64,000 bases of DNA from Felis catus (lineage: Eukaryota): the NCBI RefSeq assembly GCF_018350175.1, contig NC_058382.1, positions 56,980,001-57,044,000 on the forward strand, written 5' to 3'. Each line of letters begins with the position of its first letter. The stretch's first letter is position 1. Position numbers and translations under genes: made by a program. Positions 12,483-23,500 of this stretch are shown in pieces. Below the pieces are notes generated by a model, which saw only the letters and a program-made list of their open reading frames with translations, was not told where the DNA came from and made no database searches.

Positions 12483-12685
12483 TTTTTTTTTTTATGTTTA
12501 TTTTTGAGACAGAGACAGTGCGAGTGGGGGAGGGGCAGAGAGAGAGGGAGACACAGAATCGGAAGCAGGCTCCAGGCTCTGAGCTGTCAGCACAGAGCCC
12601 CACATGGGGCTCAAACCCATGACCGGCAAGATCATGACCTGAGCCAAAGTCGGACGCTCAACCGACTGAGCCACCCAGGCGCCCC
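12483..12685 (-). mobile_element. Can-SINE inside L1
   Basis: Full body; flanks CTCATTGTGG repeated. Confidence 0.9.
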
Positions 12686-12879
12686 TCATTGTGGTTTTGA
12701 TTCACATTTTCCAGGTGATTAGGGATATAGAGCATCTTTTCGTGCATCAGTTGGCCATGCCTGTGTCTTCTTTGGGACAGTATCTTTTTGGTTTCTTTGC
12801 CCATTTCTAAGTCAGATTGTTTGTTCAGTAGTCCATTTATTTTCATTGCTGAGTGGTATTCCATTGTCTGAATATATCA

Positions 12880-13087
12880 CTTCTTTTTTAATTTTTTTAA
12901 TGTTTATTTATATTTGAGAGAGAGAGAGTGGAGGAAGGGCAGAGAGAGACTGAGACAGATTCGGAAGCAGGCTCCAGGCTCGGAGCTGACAGCACAGAGC
13001 CCGATGCGGGGCTCAAACTCATGAGCTGTGAGATCATGACCTAAGCTGAAGTCAGATGCTTAGCCAACTGAGCCGCCCAGGCACCCC
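12880..13087 (-). mobile_element. Can-SINE inside L1
   Basis: Full body; flanks TGAATATAT repeated. Confidence 0.9.
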
Positions 13088-13589
13088 TGAATATATGGCT
13101 TCTTAAAAAAAACAAAGAAACAAACAAAACTGTGTCTCCTGTTGATGGACACTTGGGTTGTTTCTATTTGGGGACGATCATAAAGAAAGCTTTGGAGGAC
13201 ATTTGTGTGCACAAACAGGTTTTCATGTCTCACGACTGAAAATACAGGGATGGGATTGTTTGGTTGCAGGGTAAAGTCAATGTTAACTTTAGAAGAAACT
13301 TACAGACTTTTTCTTAAGGGTTTTGCCGTGGAACTACGCACGAGTACTGAGTCTCTGTTCGGATGACACAAGTCCTCTGGTTATAAGGCTACAAATCAGA
13401 ATCTCTGAGCTCCTGTCAAGTCTGGGGTTCTTGCCTCCCTTGTAATGCCAGCATCACTGTTTTCTAACGCAAAATTCTCCGGGTAATTAGCTGCACAGGA
13501 CTTTGCTGAGTCGGTACATCCTCCCTTTTCCCAGAACATCTGCAGAGATCGGAAATCAGAGGCAAGTGCTCTCAGCACAGCATTATGTA

Positions 13590-13810
13590 TTTTATCAGCC
13601 TTATTGAGGTGTAAGTGACAAATAGAAATGGCGTATATTTAAGGTGTACAGTGGGATGTTTTGATACAGGGATAGCCACGATCAAGCCAGTTAATGTACC
13701 CATAACATCACATAATTGCCATTTTCTTTGTGGGGGGGGGGGAGGGGTGAGAACAGTTAAGATCTACTCTCTTGGTAAACTCCAAGTATACAATCCAGTA
13801 TCATCAACTT
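13590..13810 (-). mobile_element. L1 3'-end fragment
   Basis: TTATTGAGGTGTAAGTGACAAATAG...GTTAAGATCTACTCTCTTGGTAAAC. Confidence 0.7.
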
Positions 13811-14039
13811 CACGTTTTTAACGTAGTCTGGGAGTGAAGCTGGTGAGGTCCCCGTCGATGCCATCAGCTCCGGCTGACAGAGTGGAGAATTCAAAGGCCC
13901 TTACCATTCAGGCCAGCTGGAAACCTGCGGGTGACAGGTCACCCACACCACAGAACCTCAGATGACGCTGAGTCCCTCTGCCCTGTCTTCACCACAGAGC
14001 TTTGTAATTAAGAAACAGCCTTGAAGATAAAGGGCGTCG

Positions 14040-14460
14040 TGGTTCCTTGGATTTTCTTTAGCTTGACAATGACCCTAAAAAACCCAAACAGCTATAAACA
14101 AAAAGGCAGGGGGGCATTTTTTGGCTCACATCATGGCAGGTAGGCGAGACCGAAGGGGCAACACCATCAGGCCTCCTGTGGTTTTAGGCAGACGGTCTTC
14201 CCCAGTGGCCCAGGCTTGCACCTTCAACGGAAGGGGAGTTTCTCTTTGCTAATATTCCAGCAATACCCTAGAACTGACTCTCATTGGCCTGGCCTGAGTC
14301 ATGTGCCCATCCGTGAGCCAATCGGGGCCCGGAGGATGGAATAGGCTGATTGGCTGGGCCTGGGTCGTGTGCCCGCCTCTAGATGAGACTGGCTGGTGTC
14401 AGTGGTACAAATACTCCATGTGATGATTGCTCCAAATCAGATCAAGATGCTAATGGAAGG
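14040..14460 (-). mobile_element. Old MLT1-type MaLR LTR remnant
   Basis: TTTTTGGCTCACAT...CTCTCATTGGCCTGGCCTGAGTCATGTGCCCATCC.TGAGCCAATC. Confidence 0.55.
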
Positions 14461-14599
14461 AAGGACGGGTGGCCAATGGGTCAGCAGAATGTAGCCCTTT
14501 CTCAGCCTACCTGATGCTAGGCCAGGGCCGTTAGCTACTGAGAGTCAAAGCAGTCACAATAACAAGACCTTGAAAAACCAAACCTCCAGGGCATGAAGA

Positions 14600-15430
14600 C
14601 AAAACCCTACAATTTTTTTTTCCAGCCCTGTGTAAGATCATGCCGAACCCAGTCTAGTGCTTTATAAAATTGTACTGAACATAATTATAAATATATAAAA
14701 GCCTCTCTTGACATTCCTAGGGAAAGGCAAAAGAGACACATGCCATTGGGGAAGTGCTTGTTCTTTATGGATAAAATAATATAAAGAAAAATGCAGAACA
14801 TAAAATCCATGTGAGAGCACAGATTTAAAACAAAACAAAACAAAAAAAAAAGAACGTGTCCTAGCTAATGGTATTTGCTAGATTTTGTCTCGACGAGGAA
14901 ATACACAAAAGACCACTTTTGTGAGCCATTAAGTGAAAGCTGTACCAGGGAACACGTATTCTCAATAGTGTATCCTCTGATGAGAATAATGTCTGTGGAA
15001 AAGCTGTGTAAGGAGAAACACTGATGGAACAGGAGCTCTCAGACCTGTGCGCACGCGTGTGCGTGTCTGTGTGTGTAAGAATTCCACGTGCAATAAAGGT
15101 TGCACCACAAGCTGCTTTATAGATGGTTTGCAGAAAACTCACTCACTAGACAAGATCCCTGCAGAAAGCCTTACACAAAAGTAGCCTCCGATGAATTGAG
15201 GAGTTGAAAGGGAAAGAAGAAACAGGAAAATATCTTTGCGAGCCAGGACAGGGGAAGAAATCCTCAAATCACATTTCAAAGGGTCGACCGTAAGGCAACA
15301 AAATCAATGAATCTGACTAGATCAAAATGGAGACTTTTTCCAAAGAAAAGGACCTCCGTGAGTAAAGTTGATACAAAGGAGACAGAACAAGAAAAGACGT
15401 TTACAAGGTCTGAAAGGTACCAGGGGGTGA
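14600..15430 (+). mobile_element. Highly decayed L1 ORF2 remnant
   Basis: A-rich; GAAAATATCTTTG...AAAATCAATGAATCTGACTAGATCAAAAT resembles the L1 ORF2 3' region. Confidence 0.5.
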
Positions 15431-15564
15431 TCTCTAGCCTTGCATATGTCACTGGAAATATAATGTAGCTCCTGACATAATTGTAAATTTCCTATATAAA
15501 GAGCATAAAAATAAGTGAAATTGTTACTATACTTTATTTAACTTGATATATCTAGAATAGCCTA

Positions 15565-15760
15565 GGGGCGTCCGGGTGGCTCAGTCGGTTAAGCATCCGA
15601 CTTCAGCTCAGGTCACGATCTCGCCATTTGTGAGTTCAAGCCCCGCGGTAGGCTCTGTGCTGACAGCTCAGCTCTGTGTCTCCCCCTGTCTCTGCCCCTC
15701 TCTTGTTCCCGCTCTGCCTCTCCCAAAAATGAATAACCATTAAAAAATATTTTAAAAAAC
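15565..15760 (+). mobile_element. Can-SINE
   Basis: GGGGCGTCCGGGTGGCTCAGTCGGTTAAG...A tail. Confidence 0.88.
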
Positions 15761-16181
15761 ACATCTCATGACAATTTTGCAAAGGACACGTACCCAGAGA
15801 ACATTAAATACAAGAAGCGTTGCCTGGTGAACCAGAGAAATTGGAGTGATCTATGGCGACCCAAGGGAGTATTTCTTTTCAATGAGAGATCGTGGGTGAG
15901 TCAATGGTGCTGGTTATGAGTGGAAGAGTGTGCTCAAGCCAACTGTCTACTCAAGGTCAAGAAAGGAGAAGAGGGGGGACAGCAAAAGGAAGAGAAACTG
16001 GTGAAGTCAGAAGCACAGCACACATTAGTGCCACTAGATGTCATTGGTGCAGGTGACCCTGTGAAAGCCAGAGCTCACAACGAGACAGGGAGAACCCTCA
16101 CAGACATGTTGAGGACCTTGTGGCAGAGGCCACAGAAGAGTTGTTGAAATTAAAGATGTTACACTTGTTTAAGAACACAAT

Positions 16182-16309
16182 GGGGGCGCCTGGGTGGCTC
16201 AGTCGGTTAAGATCTGACTCTTGATCTCAGCTCAGGTCTTGATATCAGGGTCAGGAGTTTGAGCCCCATGTTGGGCTCCATGCTGGGCATGAAGCCTACT
16301 TTTAAAAAA
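16182..16309 (+). mobile_element. Short Can-SINE variant
   Basis: GGGGCGCCTGGGTGGCTCAGTCGGTTAAG...GAAGCCTACTTTTAAAAAA. Confidence 0.85.
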
Positions 16310-16809
16310 CATGCCATTCTTGATACATACGAGAAGGGGATTGCTTTTCCAAAGAAATTCTTGCTATGGAGAGAGCATTTGGGGGAATGTTTTCATTACT
16401 ATGTCACTTTTTCCCCCCAAAATAAACCTACTTTTAAATGCATCATCTATAAAAGTGCTCACAGCTGCATGCCTAAAACCTTGAAAATAAACCATTCTTA
16501 CTATTTACAAAATCTCTCAAAAACTGTTAGCGAGTTTTGAACCTACTTGTTAAAAAAAAATACCTTCCACTTAGTTTGTAAAAGCAGCGTCAAGATCAGG
16601 AAATGTGGAAATTTACCAGGCAGATGTCACTGAAAATCTTTGCATAATTGGTGGTTGAGGTTGAAAAATAAGCATCGTCAACTTCTTACACATAGAGCCA
16701 CGAAGCTTTGTACGGAATACTTTTCAGCTGTGATCGTCTCTCAAGCCGTATATTAAACTCTGACCCTTAGAATCAGGCCTTCAGTTGTGGTATCGAAAAA
16801 TGTTAAAGA

Positions 16810-17043
16810 GGGGCGCCTGGGTGGCGCAGTCGGTTAAGCGTCCGACTTCAGCCAGGTCACGATCTCGCGGTCCGTGAGTTCGAGCCCCGCGTCGGGCTCT
16901 GGGATGATGGCTCAGAGCCTGGAGCCTGTTTCCGATTCTGTGTCTCCCTCTCTCTCTGCCCCTCCCCTGTTCATGCTCTGTCTCTCTCTGTCCCAAAAAT
17001 AAATAAACGTTGAAAAAAAAAATTAAAAAAAAAAAAAGAAAAA
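16810..17043 (+). mobile_element. Young SINEC_Fc-type SINE
   Basis: Perfect TSD GAAAAATGTTAAAGA at 16795-16809 and 17044-17058; long A tail. Confidence 0.95.
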
Positions 17044-17116
17044 GAAAAATGTTAAAGAGTTAAAACACGGTGAAACATACTCAATCCTTCACTTTGATTT
17101 AAAATATTGTAATATA

Positions 17117-17215
17117 GAGGCATCTGGGTGGCTCAGTCAGTTAAGTGTCCAACTTTAGCTCAAGTCATCTCATAGTTCATGAGTTCGAGCCCCGCGAGCC
17201 TAGAGCCTGCTTCCG

Positions 17216-17265
<50 letters not shown>

Positions 17266-17316
17266 CCTCCCCTGCTCACACTCTGTCACTCTCTCAAAAG
17301 TAAATAAACGTCAAAA
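17117..17316 (+). mobile_element. Can-SINE with expanded (CT)n
   Basis: A and B boxes, (CT)~21, TAAATAAACG. Confidence 0.85.
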
Positions 17317-17362
17317 GATTTTTTAATATAAGAAAACGTTATATTACAATATAAATAATCTT

Positions 17363-17573
17363 TTTTTTTTAACGTTTATTTATTTTTGGGACAGAGAGAG
17401 ACAGAGCATGAACGGGGGAGGGGCAGAGAGAGAGGGAGACACAGAATCGGAAACAGGCTCCAGGCTCTGAGCCATCAGCCCAGAGCCCGACGCGGGGCTC
17501 GAACTCACGGACCGCGAGATCGTGACCTGAGCTGAAGTCGGACGCTTAACCGACTGAGCCACCCAGGCGCCCC
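17363..17573 (-). mobile_element. Young SINEC_Fc-type SINE
   Basis: Perfect TSD TACAATATAAATAATCTT at 17345-17362 and 17574-17591. Confidence 0.95.
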
Positions 17574-17822
17574 TACAATATAAATAATCTTAATGATAAC
17601 CAAAAAAGTTCCGTATGGTTAACTTAAAACTTAAACTTTAAACTTAAAAATTAAACATTTGAACGTAAAATGCATTTAAAAATACTATGTTCTTTTGATT
17701 TTAACCTTTTACATTTCTTTTTAAGTTTTTAGTGTCTTTGCTTTACAATATGCATGTTATCTGTGCACGGCAAACTTTTTTTTTTTATTGACGAGTATGT
17801 TTGGTCAAAAATGTCTGGAGAC

Positions 17823-18477
17823 TGTATCCGTTTCCTGTAGTTGCTTTATCAAAGTACCATAACCGTAATGGCTTAAAACATCACGCAGATAATGTTTTAG
17901 AATTTGGGAAGTCAGAAGTCCAAAATGGGTCTCACCGGGCTAAAATCAAGATGCCGACAGGACCGGGTTCCTTCCAGGGACTCTAAGGATGAGTCGTTTC
18001 CTTGCTTTTCTGGTTTCTACAGGCGGCCTGCATCCCTGAGCTCCTGACCCTGCCACTATCGTTACATTTCTTTCTGTGACTCTGTCTCTCCTGCCACACT
18101 TTTACAAAGACCCCTCGGATGAAGTTGCTCCCCACCCCCATAATCTCCCCGTCGCAAGGTCCTTAATTCAGCCACATCTGCAAAGTCCCTTTTGCCATGT
18201 GAGGTAACATATTCACAGGTTTTGGGAATTAGGATGTGGACATCTTTTTTTTTTAATTTTTTTTCTAACATTTATTCATCTTAGAGAGAGAGAGAGACAG
18301 AGCATGAGCAGAGAAAGTGGGACACAGAATCCGAAGCAGGCTCCAGGCTCTGAGCTGTCGGCACAGAGCCCGACCCCGCAAACTGTGAGATCATGACCTG
18401 AGCCAAAGTCAACCGACTGAGCCACCCAGGCACCCCGCATGTGGACATCTTTAGGGGCCATCTTCTGGCCTACTGCA
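17823..18477 (-). mobile_element. MLT1C/D-type MaLR solo LTR with a nested SINE (about 18248-18436, minus strand)
   Basis: TG...CA ends; 5-bp TSD GAGAC/GAAAC; SINE TSD ATGTGGACATCTTT at 18234-18247 and 18439-18452. Confidence 0.8.
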
Positions 18478-19020
18478 GAAACCTTGAGCAAGAACGATAA
18501 AGCTGACCCAAGCAAGAAAGAAATTGTGCCAGCCACGGTCAGATGGGGTGTGGAAGCTCCCAGCAGGGAGGTCCCCACAAGCTCACCTTCAAAGCTCTGC
18601 TTTGAAGGGGAGCTGGACTCTGTCATCAGCTAATACGTCTTCAGCTTTTGTCACGTTTCTGCCCTTTTGGCTAAAAGTAATAAGCTTCCTCCTGTTCAAG
18701 TAACAGGAGATTGGGATGCCATTTTGCTGTCTACCGAGTCAGCTGGACCAAGGTTCAGATCTTGATTCGGGCACTTCTCCCTGTATGGTCTGGACAAATT
18801 TCCCACCCCTCTGGTCCAGAGTTACCATTTCTTTAAAACACAGAAGCTAATGCAGACTTGGCAGGGTGGCGGGGAGGACTAAAGGCCACAGTGTATAAAT
18901 TGCTTGCCCAAGGATCGTGCTGAGAAATGTCAGTTTCTCTCCCTCTAGGAGTCAGAATTTCCATCCGTGCAATTCTGCCTCCATGAAGATGCGGAAACGT
19001 GAGCGCAATTTGAGTCAAGC

Positions 19021-19063
19021 GTGAACACCGCTTTGCACCAAAGTGAACACCGCTTTGCACCAA
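19021..19063. repeat. Perfect tandem duplication with 22-bp period
   Basis: GTGAACACCGCTTTGCACCAA at 19021-19041 and 19043-19063. Confidence 0.95.
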
Positions 19064-19528
19064 TGTCCTGGCTTCATTTAGGGACTAACAGACATACAGC
19101 TTATGAAGCTTATAGCTTCCTCAAAAACAGTGCCAAGCATGACATTGATAAGTCAGCCAACCTGGAACCAAACGCATCCTTGACCTGGCAATGGGTGTCA
19201 AAATAATTTCCTTAAAAACAAGGATCTCATTAATTCAGCAGCGGTGGGCTTTGACAATTTCGCAGATTCACAGAACATAAACACAATCAGCGGTATTTGT
19301 TCTACAAAGTGCCTTGATCCTCATCGGAGATCGCTAAGAGTGTGGGCGGTGGAGAAACCCATTCACAGGTGGACATCCTCCAAAGCAAACATCCTCATTT
19401 GCCTGCTCTGGAAGGCGGGGCGTGTCAATCCCCTTTTCCTGCCAAAGGTTTTTTTTCTTTCGTGCGGTAACATCCCCCTCTGCTGGAACTTGTAGGTATT
19501 GCAACAATATTTATTAAGAAGTGTTTTA

Positions 19529-19757
19529 TTTATTTTTTTTTAAATTTTTTTTTTCAACGTTTATTTATTTTTGGGACAGAGAGAGACAGAGCATGAACGG
19601 GGGAGGGGCAGAGAGAGAGGGAGACACAGAATCGGAAACAGGCTCCAGGCTCCGAGCCATCAGCCCAGAGCCTGACGCGGGGCTCGAACCCACGGACCGC
19701 GAGATCGTGACCTGGCTGAAGTCGGATGCTTAACCGACTGCGCCACCCAGGCGCCCC
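19529..19757 (-). mobile_element. Young SINEC_Fc-type SINE
   Basis: Perfect TSD TTAAGAAGTGTTTTA at 19514-19528 and 19758-19772. Confidence 0.95.
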
Positions 19758-19765
19758 TTAAGAAG

Positions 19766-21043
19766 TGTTTTAAAAGAAAGAAGGAAAGAGAAGAAAAAAA
19801 CAAATCCTAAATGGGATCGTCCCCCCACCCCCACCCCCGCTCCAAGACTGAATTATAGTTGTAGTCTCTCCTGGAATATGGCCTGTTAATGGTTCATCTG
19901 AAACTTCCTGATCAGCCCTGGAGAGGTAATCCCCACAATAAAATCTTGCCAGTCCCTTCCCCCCAAAACAATGTCCTTTCTTTTCTTTGGTTAATCACTT
20001 CCTTGCCTGGCCCTCTTGCCTGTAAAAACTTCCATTTTGTCAAACTCCTGCAAGCATCTCTACTTGATAGAAGGCATGCTGCTCGATTCTTGAATTGCTT
20101 AATAAACCCCAAGAGATCTTCAATTTACTCAGTCGAATTTTGTTTATTTTCTTTTATTTAATTTTAATTCCAGTACAGTCAATATTCAGTATTAGTTTCA
20201 ACGGCGTCTGGGTGGCTTAGTCAGTTGAGTGTCTGACTTCAGCTCAGATCACGATTTCACGGTGGTGGGTTCAAGCCCCGCACCGGGCTCTGTGCTGACA
20301 GCTCAGAGCCTGGAGCCTGCTTCGGATTCTGTGTCTCCCTCTCTCTCTGCCCCGCCCCCCCCCCATTCTGTCTCTCTCTCCTTCAAAAATAAATATTTAA
20401 AAAATTTTTTTCAAAGAGTCTGTTTTTCAGTTGCTCTTTTTTTTCATTTGTTCATTTTGTTTCTTAAATTCCACATAGGAGTGAAATCATATGCTATTTG
20501 TTTTTCTCTGACTTATTTTGCTTAGTATTATACTCTCTAGCTCCATCCATGTTGTTGCAAATGGCAAGATTTCATTTTTTTATGGCTGAATAATATTCCG
20601 GTGTGGGTGTGTGTGTGTGTGTGTGCGCGCGTGCATGCACGGGTGCATATGCACACCAGGTCTTCTTTATCCATTCATCTATTGATGGACACTTGGGCTG
20701 TTTCCATAATTTGGCCGTTGTAAATAATGTTGCAATAAACATAAGGGTGAATAAATCCTTTCAAATTAGTATTTTCATATTTTGGGGATAAATACCCAGT
20801 AGTGTGATTATTGGATCACATGGTAGGTCTATTTTTAAGTTTTTGAGGACAATCTCCATATTGTTTTCTAGAGTGGCTGCACCAGTTTGCATTCCCACCA
20901 CCCACGTTCAAGGGTTCCCCTTTCTCCGCATCCTCACCAGCACCTGTTAATTTCTTGTATTTTTGATTTTAGACATTCTGACAGGTGCGTGGCTTCAGTT
21001 TGCATTTCCCTGATGACAAGTGATTGAATTTTGTTTTTTAACA
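19766..21043 (+). mobile_element. ERV-type LTR split near its 3' end by an L1 3' fragment (about 20146-21025, minus), which itself contains a SINE (about 20203-20405, plus)
   Basis: LTR-like CTTCCATTTTGT...CTCGATTCTTGAATTGCTTAATAAA; GAATTTTGTTT duplicated on both sides of the L1; ends TTAACA; 5' boundary uncertain (19766 or 19884). Confidence 0.55.
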
Positions 21044-21151
21044 GACCAACTAAAGATTGAATATGAGATCCATTTTGCATTCCAGCCGGTGGCTCTTAAA
21101 CTTTCATGTACATCTTCCGGAGTGCAGGTTTTTGAAAAATGGAGATTTTGA

Positions 21152-21365
21152 GGGAGCCGGGGTGGCTCAGTTAGTTAAGCGTCCGACTCTTGACTTCGCC
21201 TCAGCTCATGAGCTCACAGTTCTTGAGTTCGAGCCCCACATCGGGCTCTGCGCTGACAGTGCCGACCCTGCTTGGGATTCTCTGTGTCTCCCTCTCTCTC
21301 TGCCCCTCCCCCACTTGTACTTTTGTTCTGTCTCAAGATAAATAAACTTTTAAAAATAATAAAAT
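21152..21365 (+). mobile_element. Can-SINE
   Basis: Body plus A tail; GGAGATTTT on both flanks. Confidence 0.88.
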
Positions 21366-21634
21366 CTGCTTTAAAAAAGGGAGATTTTTGTACTCCATGC
21401 CCATCTCCTAGGAATTAGAACAAGGAATCCTGCAGCAGAGCCTTGTAGAGCCCCACACCCCACCCCTGCCCGTCCCAGTGAGCCTGCTACCTGTGGCTTT
21501 CCCGGGAGAATTCGGTTGAATTCTGAATGAAGGGCGGCAGGTGGTGGAGAAATGGAGGCGTCAAATCTGTCCCTCTAGGAAGATTTAGCAGGGAAAGGGA
21601 GATTTTCTTTTATTTCTTTTTACTTCTTTTATTT

Positions 21635-23500
21635 AGAGCTTTATTGAGGTGTAATCGATATGTTTAAAAAATGTACATATATAATGCATATAGTGGACGA
21701 ATTTGGACCTATACCTACAGCCTGAAACCATCACCACGATCAAGTTAATAAACGTATCCATCACCTCCAAATGGTTCCTTGTGTCCCATTTGTTTTATTT
21801 CTCGTGCGTGTGTGTGATACAAACACCGAACATGAGCTCTACCCCCTGGACACGTGAGGAGCACGATTCGGTATTGTTAACCTTGCGCCCTTTGTTGTAG
21901 AGCAGAGGTCTAGAATTTCCTCGTCCCGCACAACTGAAACTTCATGTTGGCTGAACAGGGATTTCTCAGTTCCCTTTCCCCTTCAGCCCCTGGCAACCAT
22001 CAGTCCGAGTCCTGCTTCTATGCGTTTAATCATTTTAAATACTGTATCTAAATGGAATCATGCCATGTTTGTCCTTCTGTGTTTGGCTTACGAAACTTCA
22101 CATAATGCCTTCTGGGCCATCCACGTTCTCGCAAATGGCAGGATTTCCTTTTTTTTTTTTTTTTTTTTGAGGTTGAATAATGGTCTGTTGTAGGCATAGA
22201 CCACCTTTTCTTTGTCCATTCATCTGTCTTGGATATTTTGATACCAGAGATGGGGCGGGAAGGGGCGGGGGGGTTGTTCCAGAGCCTTGCAAACTCAACC
22301 CACCAGCAGGTGCCAGGTTCTTGACTTTGCCCTGAGAAAGAATTCAAGGAGTCAGAGTGAAATATAGCAGGAGAAGCTTCATTGCAAAACCGGAAGTACA
22401 CACCGGGAGGGGGGGGGGGGCGCCCGGGCTAGCGACTCTGCGCAGGCGCAGTCTGATTTTTCTCTTGCGGAGCCCCCCTGTAGCGTCAAGGCCTCCTGGG
22501 TGTCCTCGAGTGCCCCTAGTGAAGGGGTCATTCTTGGTCGTTTGCAGGCCCGCTGGGTCTTTGTGCGCGTGCCCGGCGTGGGCTCCAGCAACACCAGGGT
22601 GCTCTACGTCTCTGAGAAACCACAGAGCTGTCACAGGGTTGACTCGATTGTCACAAACACCGTCAGGTGTCAGACACCGTTCTCCCTCTTTTGTTCGTCC
22701 CGCGATTACCCGGCGGTTCCCTGTGCTGCATGCTTATCAGGCCTCTTCTCGCATCTTGGCTGCGGGGCAAAGCGCTACCATGAACGTGGGAGTGTAGATG
22801 GGTCTTTGAGATCCTAATTGAGTTTTGGGGGGGGGGGAGGAAATACACCCAGACGTGAGGGGGCCGGGTCACACGGCAATTCTACTTTTAGCTTTTTGAG
22901 GAACCTCCGTACCATTGGCCACGGTGGCGGCATGGCCACCGGCAGGGCAGAGGGGCTCGAATCTTCCTTCCCACGTCCTCACCAACGCTCGCTGCCTCTT
23001 GTCCTGTTGACAGTAGCCCTTCTAAGTGGCGTGGCGTGAGACCTCATTGTGGCCTTCATTTGCATTTCCCTGATGATGAGTGCTGTTGAGCACCTTTTCA
23101 AATAGCTGTTGGCCATGAGTATGTCTTTGGAGAAATGTCCATTCAAGTCCTTTGACCATTTCTTATTTGGATGGTTCGGGTGTTTTGCCATTGAATTGTA
23201 GGGATTTCTTATATATTTGAGGGTATTAACCACTTATTAGATTTTGCAGATATTTTCTCCCATCCCCCAAGTTGCCTTTCCACTCAGTTGATTGTTTCCT
23301 TGGCTGGGCAGAAGGCTTTTAGTCTGATGTAGTCCCACTTGTCTATTTCTGCTTTTGGTGCCTGGGCTTTTGGTGTGACGTCCACGAAATCATCACCAAG
23401 ATCAACGTCAAGAAACTTTCCCTCTGTGTTTTCTCCTAGGAGTGTTAGAGTTTCAGCTCTTCCATCCAAGTCCTTAATCCATTTTGGGTTGATTTTTTGG
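21635..23500 (-). mobile_element. L1 3' end plus ORF2 C-terminal remnant, interrupted by an LTR
   Basis: Minus-strand remnants IDKWDYIRLKAFCPAKETIN and KKWSKDLNGHFSKD...LIIREMQMK are L1 ORF2 signatures. Confidence 0.88.
22239..22739 (-). mobile_element. ERV1 (MER4-group-like) solo LTR inserted into L1; CpG-rich
   Basis: TGATA...TATCA inverted ends; L1 sequence resumes on both sides; GGTTCTTGACTTTGCCCTGAGAAAGAATTCAAGG resembles the antisense U5/R of MER4-group LTRs; no clean TSD seen. Confidence 0.65.

Larger units (their letters stand above)
11430..13330 (-). mobile_element. Nested L1 3' fragments interrupted by two SINEs
   Basis: Minus-strand ORF remnants KKEILPFATT and PYWWECKPVRPLWE are typical of the L1 ORF2 C-terminus and 3' UTR. 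Confidence 0.8.
16090..17822 (+). mobile_element. Decayed hAT-Charlie-like DNA transposon, interrupted by four SINEs
   Basis: Broken peptide LPLSL*KQ...IRKCGNL...LHNWWLRLKNKH (16564-16675) resembles a hAT transposase C-terminal region; the end CAAAAATGTCTGGAGAC resembles Charlie termini. Confidence 0.5.

Noticed and set aside
19021..19063. Direct repeat as a possible CRISPR-like or recombination site
   Set aside because: Only two adjacent copies with no spacer; ordinary slippage duplication in mammalian DNA
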